Assembly: GCA_002269645.1 (NCBI GenBank) | Contig: NIVC01000010.1 | Span: 62,001-126,000 of the forward strand | Direction: 5' to 3' | Length of the DNA: 64,000 nt | DNA from: Macrostomum lignano | Taxonomy: Eukaryota | Part shown: piece after piece, positions 55,055 through 64,000 of the stretch | Layout of the letters: each line of letters begins with the position of its first letter | Numbering within the stretch: the stretch's first letter is position 1 | Notes under the pieces: generated by a model | Told to the model about the DNA's origin: nothing | The model's input: the letters and a program-made list of their open reading frames with translations, nothing else | Databases searched by the model: none | Translations under genes and position numbers: made by a program

Positions 55055-55692
55055 ACTGTGTGAACCTCCCGCCCGAGTGTTTGATCTTCCCGACAGTGTT
55101 TGATCTTCCCGCCCGAGTGTTTGATCTTCCCGCCCGTGTTTGATCTTCCCGCCCGAGTGTTTGAACCTCCCGCCCGAGTGTTTGATCTTCCCGCCCGTGT
55201 TTGATCTTCCCGCCCGAGTGTTTGATCTTCCCGACAGGGTGTTTGATCTTCCCGCCCGAGTGTTTGATCTTCCCGACAGAGTGTTTGATCTTCCCGCCCG
55301 AGTGTTTGATCTTCCCGCCCGAGTGTTTGATCTTCCCGCCCGAGTGTTTGATCTTCTCAGCGGAGTGTTTGATCTTCCCGCCAGAGTGTTTGAACCTCCC
55401 GCCCGAGTGTTTGATCTTCCCGACAGTGTTTGATCTTCCCGCCCGAGTGTTTGATCTTCCCGCCCGAGTGTTTGAACCTCCCGCCCGAGTGTTTGATCTT
55501 CCCGACAGTGTTTGATCTTCCCGCCCGAGTGTTTGATCTTCCCGCCCGAGTGTTTGATCTTCCCGACAGTGTTTGATCTTTCGCCCGAGTGTTTGATCTT
55601 CCCGCCCGAGTGTTTGATCTTCCCGCCCGAGTGTTTGATCTTCCCGCCAGAGTGTTTGAACCTCCCGCCAGAGTGTTTGAACCTCCCGCCAG
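55055..55692 (+). repeat. Minisatellite, 21-bp unit GTGTTTGATCTTCCCGCCCGA
   Basis: Starts ~70 nt after the CDK stop (putative 3' UTR). Confidence 0.95.
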
Positions 55693-58600
55693 ATACCCAA
55701 TCGCATAGCTGCTTTACCTTGAATCTCTTCCTGTGTAATTTCGCTGCCTTGGCAGCAAATAAAACTTGAACCCAAAGAACTTCGCTTTATTTTAATAATG
55801 AGTCTCAAAAAGTCATTTGAAAATGTTGCAAAGAAATTGTAAGTCCGCAGTGTTTCATTGTATCCTATGTTGCGTAATCATTGACCAGCGTAAACTTATG
55901 CTCGCTTAAATTAGTCAATGGACATAGTTGCCGTGTTGTAAGCAACTAATTTTATATTACACCTGCTAAATCGCTGCTGAATATATATTGTAAAGTTTGC
56001 AATTGTGCAAAAATTTTTAAAATTTAATTTTCAGATTTTATAGTTGCCTGGTCAGTAGGCAGTGCTGCTCTCTGCTGCTTTTTAAAATGGAGCAATTCTA
56101 TATATAATTTTTCAATTGTCCTCAAGTATGTATAATTTATGTCTTTTTTGTCGGCCCACTTTTGTTGCCAATTAATTTCTTTATTTGACAGACCTGGCTA
56201 TATTCGTAAGGACGATTTGTGTATCTGCATTTTCAATTAGTCTGCAATTCTTGTGCATAGTAACGGTGCTATTATTCTATTAATAGGTGCGTTTAAACTC
56301 TACCTTTTATTCCCCCTGTTCGCATTTGCTGTTATAATTTTTCCTTATTATGGCAAGATTTTGGGCATGTTTGGATATGTTTCCTACTTGCATTTGTTTC
56401 TATTTAACGTCTGGTTGGAAAATAATTAACATTTGTTTAAAGTGCAAAATTTAAGGTCAAAATAAACCTACAGGCGGTAACTGAGCTATCTTGTTTTCTA
56501 AAGAAATTTAACTTCTCAGGCTTGTTTAGACAAGGGGTTTTATTTTTCCAGTTCGGCCAAAGAAGCTGAATCAATCCATGAACTGTGTTTTACTTTTGTT
56601 TGAATGTTTTTATCAACTATTTTTAATACCATTTTAATTCATATTTTTAGCATCATTCGGAAAAAGCATTCTAAAAAGTACATCTAGTCGTAGAAGAAAT
56701 TTGCAATTGACATATCCACCAACTAGAAGCTACGCGAAGAATATCATTGGGTAAAAGGGGGGTTAAACTTGTCACGTTCGTTTAATTTACATGTACATTT
56801 ACATGTACACTTTACTGTTACATGCAAATCTGGACTTTAACTTTATCAGTGATAAATTGATAAACGACTTCAATAGCATAACCGCGAGGAGTCACGCATG
56901 AACAGCTGGGATCAGTCAACAGAAAACAAATTTCAAATACTCAAATAAGAGTCCAACCGACTAGTTCCTTAGCTACACCCCTGGCTTCTAGGAGTGCTTA
57001 TCTAGTTTTATGTACAACTAGCGTTTTCGAATCATTAAGCACTTCATTGATGGTAGGCATTTTTTCACTTTTTAACGTACAGATGATTCACACCTTTGCA
57101 ACTCGTTCATTTTCGTATCAACTCAGCAGTAATTGCATTTTTTGACCACGCCGTGGAATTCTTTAAAACATAAACAAAATAACTTTTCTATCAACGCAAA
57201 GCATAGAGATCATTATTAGAAAAACAACTTCAAGCTGAAAAGCATTAACTGATCTTAATAAGCATACAGAGGCATGATTTTTTTGCTGTAAAGTCACGGT
57301 AAATGAAATTTAAGTGTAACTTTTCTACGAACTACGTAAAATTTGTGACAAAGAAACGGCGTAGCTACGATTTTGAAATGGAGGGGGCATAAAATTTTAT
57401 GATAAGTTACTTCTAACACTGCTCAGCCTCAGTCATACATAAAAATTGCTATTACTTGCAAGCAAGTCTTGCTTTTACTACTTAGGCTAACTGGCTAATG
57501 CTAGTATGTTATGATTATGATTAAAACAGTTTTATATATTTGTGAACCTTTAGCTTAGGAGTAGCCTATAGTATAGGCCAATGTCAACGAATAATATAAT
57601 AATATAAACCAAGCCCCATACTAGGCATAGTCTAGATCAAAGCAGTTGTGTATACTAGAATCAAATTAGGCCTATAGTTTTTTTCTACACTGACATATTG
57701 ACATTAAATTAAAGTTTTTTATATTGAGAGTAAATTTGCTTGTATGCCATTTTTTACAATGTACTGTTCAAAAAAACAATATAGAGCCTAATATTTTTTA
57801 ATTTTCAATGTAGTGTATGTCACACAAAATATTAAATGCATATACCAAAAGCTTTTGTATACCAATATGTATGCCAAATGTTTTGAGCGTACCCCAGAAA
57901 TTCCTAGCATAGATTATTATATTATATGCTTCTTCCTAACTATGGCTTGATATTAATGCGCATTAAAAAATTGGTTTAAAGCATTCACATTCTGGCATGC
58001 ACCTAGTATATATGATCTATCATCTAGTCTAGACTATTAGATAAAACTCTCTTTGGCTTTACCTTGTTGAAAGTCCAATTATAAATAATTGTCACAAATT
58101 CACAATAGTTGTCCATGCATTATAATTGATCAATTTGATGGGTATTTAATTCAAAACTGATTTCTATGTTTTTTATAAGATAAAAATTTAGAATTTTAAC
58201 AAAAATACACAAAATTTGTTTTGTTCATTAGGTATATATATATATAAAATATTGGCTATCTTGTGGCTATAGGCCTAGTTTTGTACATAAAATTATTTTT
58301 TGAAAATAAAAATTTTTAAGCAGCTTTAAGCTTAGTAAGTGACAGAATAGATAATAAGGAACAAATATAATATATTAATATTATCAAGTGCCTACATTTG
58401 TTTAAACACATATTACGACTAGGCCTATGTTGTTGTTAATCATTGACTAAACTTTAAACTCATTGACTAATTAGGTAGACTAGACTTAACTGTCTATTCT
58501 AATACCATTAAGGGCACATGGGTTTATGTAAAGGCCAAATTTTGCTAGATACACAATATATCCAATAGATGTCTGATGGATGAATGTATTATCCAATAGA

Positions 58601-59136
58601 CTGTTTGAGTCACATATAAGAGTACCTCTGGTAGTGCCTCTTCCCAAATAAGACCTTTGGGAACTTTCTCTACTAATTAGGTATCATATTATTATTCATT
58701 GTAGACTAATAAAACTAAATAGTTGATTCCCAGTTAGCCATTATTATCTATTATATCACTTATTAATTTTTAAGTTAGGCCCTCCTACTAAGTAATTATT
58801 TTTAACAAAAGTAATTTAACATGTGAAACTACAGGATCATACATGCCCAACACCCATCCAAACTAGATGGGTGAAATGGTCGCTGGCCAAGGTACAAGGG
58901 GTGTCCCAGAAGTAGTGTTGTAGTGAGTTGCAAGTGTACTTGTATGCGCCAGTCGCTAGAGCGGGGTGGGGGTTGCTATTGTACAGCATGTACGTGCTTT
59001 TCACCCACCCCTGTCTCTATCTTTTATACCCAGTTATGTAACAATCGTTGTATTGTATTTAACCTGCGTATCGATCTAATAAACGCCAAGAGGCTTCATC
59101 AACTCTCAGTTGTATCTCTCTGCCTTAGTCTACAAC

Positions 59137-59147
59137 TGGTAGCAGAG
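59137..59147 (+). promoter_or_regulatory. Primer-binding site complementary to the initiator tRNA-Met 3' end
   Basis: TGGTAGCAGAG lies 2 nt after the LTR end. It is the reverse complement of CUCUGCUACCA, the 3' end of metazoan initiator tRNA-Met as I recall it. Confidence 0.75.
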
Positions 59148-59159
59148 CAAAATTCTAGA

Positions 59160-59890
59160 ATGGCTGAGAAAGGTTTGACCGCCAGTGCAGCGCTGCCCAG
59201 AGTTTTCAGTACCGGCAACTTTAAGGAATGGCTGCAGTGTTTCAATGTATGCGCAAAAGTCAACAAGTGGGACACGTGCAAAGCGGAGCGACTGGCCACA
59301 TATTTGGATGGCGAGGCTCTCGTCGTTTATTTGGAACTGTCGGCAGGAGATCAGGCAGACTACGACAAAGTAGTCCAGGCATTGGATGATGCATTATACC
59401 CGAACCGCGAGCACTTCGCCGTCATGGAGGCGTTCAAATCAAGGAAGATTTTGTCGAATGAGACTCCACGCATGTATCTTTACGAGTTAAAGAAGATGCT
59501 CAAAAGCTCCTCCGTGGACAACAAAGATGCTCATGAGGCTCTGCTGTTCCATCAGTTCGTCTGCGGCTTTCCCGAATCCGTGAGCTGGCAGATTCGCGCG
59601 GACTCCAGCGTTAAGACCTCAGAGCAAGCGCTTCAAAAGGCTCAGCTACAGCTCGCCAAGCATCCCAGCAGCAGCGGTGCAAAGTCTGCACTGTGCAGAG
59701 TCTGCAGGCATCGGTGAGCACCCTGAGTTCCCAGCTGCAGCAGCTGGCAGCCTGTGGAGTGAGGACGAGTAGCACAACGAGACCGCAGCACCGTTCGAAG
59801 TCTGACATCATCTGCTACAACTGCCACAAGGCCGGCCACATTGCCAGAGATTGCTACAGCAGGCGACAGCCGGGAAACGCCAGAGGCTGA
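59160..59890 (+). pseudogene. gag: Gypsy gag with CCHC zinc knuckle, one internal frameshift
   Basis: ATG at 59160 gives MAEKG...FKEWLQCF...LATYLDGEAL. A frameshift near 59680-59700 leads into CYNCHKAGHIARDC (CX2CX4HX4C). Stop at 59888-59890. Confidence 0.85.
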
Positions 59891-62800
59891 GGTGTGCGGG
59901 CCCGCAACCCCGGCCAGCAGTAACTGCGGGCCCAGCAGCAGCGGCTTCAAGGCCGGCGCTCACAGTCGGCGGGATCTTCGACGGATGCAGCGTCGCGCCC
60001 GACCGACTATCGCAGTGTGAGTGCAAGCTTGATGGCAGAAGTGTGAAGGCGCTGTTAGACACCGGAAGCCAGTGCTCACTAGTTGAGTCCAGCATCCTGA
60101 CAAAATCCCAGCTCAGACAGGCAACTGCAGCCAGAGTGCAACTTCATTCAGTGAACAAGCAGCCAATTAGCATAGAACGGCAAATCGAATTGCCACTTAC
60201 AGTCGGTGGAGTGACAGCCCGGCAATTGTTTTTCGTTGTGTCAGGTTTGGTCTGCCCTGTCATTGTTGGAGTCGACTTCATCGGCAAGCATAATTTGCAA
60301 CTGGACTTCACAGGATCTTCACAAGAAGCCGGCCAAGTCTGCAGCACCAGATTCCAGGCTGACACCGACGATCCAGTTGACATCGAAGACGCACTCGTCC
60401 CCGAGTTCAGCTGTGAAGAGTTCGAGTTGCCGACTACCGACGACCCTGATGTACAACGGCTGCTGGTGGAGTTCAAAGACTTGTTCAAGAAAAAGCCGGG
60501 ACTAACTCATCTGCAACAGCACCGAATTGTTCTCTCGGATGAAGTACCTGTCCGAGTGCCACCGCGCCGAATGCCTGTGCATTACCGGGAGAAGGTAGAG
60601 CAGCTGATTCAGGAACTGCTGGAGAACGACGTGATAGAGCTGAGCGAAAGTCCGTACGTGGCCCCATCGGTGTACGTGACAAAGAAGGATGGCATTCTCC
60701 GCCTGACCATAGACTATCGAGAGATCAACAAGAAGACTATTCGCTCTGCACAGGGAATTCCGTTGATGGAGGAGGCAAGAGATCGAATCGCAGGCAGTTC
60801 AGTGTTCTCTGTGTTGGATCTCAATGGAGGCTATTTTCAAATTCCGATGGCAAAAGAAGACAAGCTAAAAACTGCTTTCTGTCCGGGACCAGGGATGCCG
60901 CTGTACCAATTTAAGAGAATGCCCCAAGGTCTGTCGGGGGCCCAAGCACATTCTGCATGCTAATGTCAAAAGTTTTCAACGGCTGCGATTTCATCTTCAC
61001 GTTCTTCGATGACAGCCTGTGCTTCTCAAAGACCAAGTCGGATCATCTGCGGCAACTTCGAGAGACCTTCGAGCGACTTCGAGCAGCCGGACTGACATTA
61101 AGAGGCTCCAAGTGCAAGATCGCGGTACCCGAAGTGACCTTTCTCGGCACACGGTATTCAAAGGATGGTGCCCAGCCCAGCCAGGAGAAGCTGGAGGCAA
61201 TTCAGCAGTGGAGAGAGCCGAGGTCAGCCAAGGAGGTGCGTCAGTTCATCGGCCTGTGCAACCAATACCGACGCCATGTAGCCAACTTCGCTGCCATCGC
61301 CGCACCGCTGCACCATCTGACTGGCAAGGGCGTTCCATTTGACTGGAATTCGGAATGCCAGACGGCCTTCGACGAGCTCAAAAGGTGCCTAATTAGTCCT
61401 CCGATCCTGGTGAACCCGGATTTCACTAAGGAGTTCTCAGTCTTCACGGATGCCAGTGGCAGCGGAGTCGGTGCAATTCTCAAGCAAGGCGAGGCGGTGA
61501 TCGAGTTCTCAAGCCGCGCATTCAATTCAGCTGAGAAGAAATACTCTGCAACAGAAAAGGAGTGCCTGGCCATCCTGCACGCATTCAAAGTTTTTCGCCA
61601 CTATCTTCTCGGCAAGCATTTCACGGTGCACACGGATCACTGCCCGCTCACCTACATCGATTCACAGAGAGTTGACAGCTACGGCAGGCTAGGACGATGG
61701 CGTCTGCTGCTTCAAGAGTTCGACTTCACCGTCAAGTACCGAAGAGGCGTTGAGAACTCAGATGCTGACGCGCTGTCCAGACTGCATGGCCAAGAAGTCG
61801 CAGCTACGCAGCTGACTCCGGAAATCGACACTGAAGAGCTCAAAACTGCGCAGCGACATGACCCGGAGCTCAGCCAGGTGATTCAGGCGATGGACAAGGA
61901 CGCAGAAATTGCACCCAGATGGCGAGCAGGACCACTGCAGCAACTCGGCAGAATCTGGAAGAAGCTGAAGCTGGATGATGACGGTGTTCTACTGCGCAAG
62001 TTCAATGACCCGGACGGCCTGCGGGAGGTTCCAGTGGTGGCAGCGCGGCTTTGACAACAGTTTTTGACCAACGCTCACGAAGGTCTGGGAGGTCATTTCG
62101 GAGCCGAGAAATGCTACCGCACACTGAAACTGACCGCCTACTGGCCCGGCATGGCTGAAGACATCGTGCAACACTGCCAGAGTTGTTCTGTCTGTCAGGA
62201 GAAGAAAGCGGGCTCGCGGACCAGCGCGCCACTCGGAGAACTGCCAATCGGCTCGCCGTGGGATTCTGTGGCTATCGACATCGTCAAGGTGGCGCCATCA
62301 TCGCGCGGCAACAAATACCTGCTGGTGGCTCAGGATCAGTTTTCCAAGTACCTGACGGCCGTGGCGATTCCTGACCAGACTGCTGAGACTACTGCTCGCG
62401 CCTTCCTCTCCATCTGCTCCCAGACTGGACTTCCCTGAGTCATCCACTCCGATCAAGGACCGAATTTCGAGTCTCAGCTTTTTCAAGACACTCTGCGAGG
62501 CCTGGGAGTCACGAAGACAAGAACAACGGCTTACAATCCCAAAGGCAACGGATTAGCGGAGTAGGGCAACAAGTCAGTGCTGCAGTTACTCAGGTGTTTC
62601 ACCGAGCGAGAGAGCGAGTGGGAGGACAAGCTGCCACTGATCCTGCTGTCCTACAATTCCCGGTGCACTGCTCAACACAGCTGCCGCCACTGAAGGTGTT
62701 CACCGGGCGCGATCCGAGCCTGCCGGTCATCAGCCAGCAGTCCAGGCGATTCTATGACGTGCGCACCTACGCCGACAAGCTCGAGGGCGACCTGCTGCGA

Positions 62801-63206
62801 ATTCGAGAGTTTGTCGAGGAGCATCTGGTGCAGGCGGCTGGCGAGCAAAAGAGCGGCTACGACAGGTCGACCGGGCAGCTGCGCACGTTCAGTCCTGGAG
62901 ACGAGGTCCTGCTGTGCATCGAGCTGAGGGGCTCCAAGCTGGCGCCTTACTGGGAGCCCGGGCTGGCAGGTGCTGTCGCAGCGGGATCTGGTAGTCGAAA
63001 TCCAAAAGATCGAGAACGGCCGGACCCGCAGGGTGAATGTGAATCGTCTGCGGCCGCGGATCCTGCCAGTCCCTGACGGAGAGCGCTTCCTGCAGCCGCC
63101 CTTTGCGCACGCGGCGCACGGCGGCGATGAGGCGGACGAGGAGCCGCCCCCGAGACGCTACCCGGTGCGTAGGTGGATGCCGGTGGATCGCTATGTGGCC
63201 GGTTGA
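59872..63206 (+). pseudogene. pol: Gypsy pol (protease, reverse transcriptase, RNase H, integrase), disrupted
   Basis: LLDTGS (protease); IDYREIN, LDLNGGYFQI, MPQGL, TFFDD (RT); TDASG, YSATEKECLAI, TDHCPL (RNase H); H-x5-H...CxxC, AIDIV, HSDQGPNFES, GNGLAE (integrase). Lesions: frameshift ~60945, in-frame TGA 62052-54, frameshift ~62435, TAG ~62561 and further frameshifts downstream. Confidence 0.92.
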
Positions 63207-63589
63207 ATTTTTGATTGATTGACTCAGTGACTGTTCGACTGACTGTTGCGAATTATTTGAAAGCGAGAAATTCTTTATAACAATATTGTTCGAATGTTTT
63301 ACTGTTCTTATGTTTCCTTCGAATTATTCGTTCGAATGTTATTGATCTTTTTCGCCGGGGAGGATTGTAGTGAGTTGCAAGTGTACTTGTATGCGCCAGT
63401 CGCTAGAGCGGGGTGGGGGTTGCTTCTCGGACACCCTCAAAAGTCACAAAATCAAAAATACAAAAAAATGAAAAATTGGGAGGAAAAAGAAAGATGGGAG
63501 AAGAAAGAGAGGGAAAGAGGAGAGAAAAAAGAGAAAGAGAAGAAAATAAAAAAGGCAAGAAAAGTCACATACAAAGTTAAAATTGAGTC

Positions 63590-63775
63590 GCAATCGGGAG
63601 GAACTTAGTTGCAATTAGGAGGAACTAAGTCATAATCTTTAGGAACTAGCTTGTAAGTCATAATCAGGAGGAACTAAGTCACAATTGGGAAGAACTAAGT
63701 TGCAATTAGGAGGAACTAAGTTGCAATTGGGAAGAACTAAGTCATAATCAAAGGAACTAAGTTGCAATTGGGAGA
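63590..63775 (+). repeat. Degenerate ~21-22-bp repeat AGGAACTAAGTTGCAATTAGG
   Basis: About 8 imperfect copies downstream of the LTR element. Confidence 0.8.
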
Positions 63776-64000
63776 TTTTTCTGCCTGTCATCTCCTCTGC
63801 TTAGGCTTTGTAACAAAATAAATAAAGAAAAAAAGCAAATTGCACAAAGAAAATTGTGTATTTTGCAGTCCTGATGAATTTATTAAATGTAGTGATAAAA
63901 TATAATAATTTTAATATTTTTATTCTATCTTTGACTCTTGACTCAGCTACTTAGGTACTACTTTTACTCACTGCTAGTCTATGTTTACTATAATATTTGC

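Larger units (their letters stand above)
58919..63424 (+). mobile_element. Ty3/Gypsy LTR retrotransposon, degenerate, 3' LTR truncated
   Basis: 5' LTR 58919-59134 (TGT...ACA, AATAAA at 59078). PBS TGGTAGCAGAG at 59137-59147. Polypurine-rich tract GGGGAGGA immediately before the 3' LTR. The 3' LTR (63366-63424) is identical to the first 59 nt of the 5' LTR. Domain order is gag-PR-RT-RH-IN. Confidence 0.95.

Noticed and set aside
61000-61020. FFDD instead of YxDD in the RT as a novelty
   Set aside because: F-x-D-D variants are known among Ty3/Gypsy RTs, so this is not unusual.
63869-63900. CTGATGA as a possible hammerhead ribozyme core
   Set aside because: There is no GAAA after the short stem and no stems I/III with an NUH site. 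No convincing hammerhead was seen elsewhere.

Overview
Eukaryotic (animal) genomic DNA, not prokaryotic. Exons are GC-rich, rich in Ala/Ser/Gln/Pro codons, and joined by GT-AG introns that are packed with locus-specific minisatellites. This style suggests a flatworm such as Macrostomum (inference only). I assembled three host genes by hand, all on the + strand and all with consistent splice phases. (1) An LNX1/2-like RING/zinc-finger/4xPDZ E3 ligase (~2431-17669), with a candidate alternative exon that would give a RING-less isoform. (2) A KDM3/JMJD1-family protein (30421-41822, ~1023 aa) whose JmjC domain appears to have lost all three Fe(II) ligands. (3) A CDK4/6-like kinase (47718-54982, ~617 aa) with DFG changed to DFN and a long acidic tail. 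Mobile DNA includes a 7.3-kb TIR transposon (19671-26961; 7-bp TSD, TAG...CTA ends, hAT-like) carrying a six-exon ~1158-aa DDE transposase with a C-terminal Tudor-like domain. It also includes a decayed Ty3/Gypsy LTR element (58919-63424), three copies of a tRNA-derived SINE (one interrupted by a MITE), a polypurine-tract composite repeat with a Helitron/DINE-like end, and about 20 distinct tandem arrays. Most long ORFs in the supplied track over the arrays are artefacts. All alignments were done by eye from remembered family motifs; no database searches were run.
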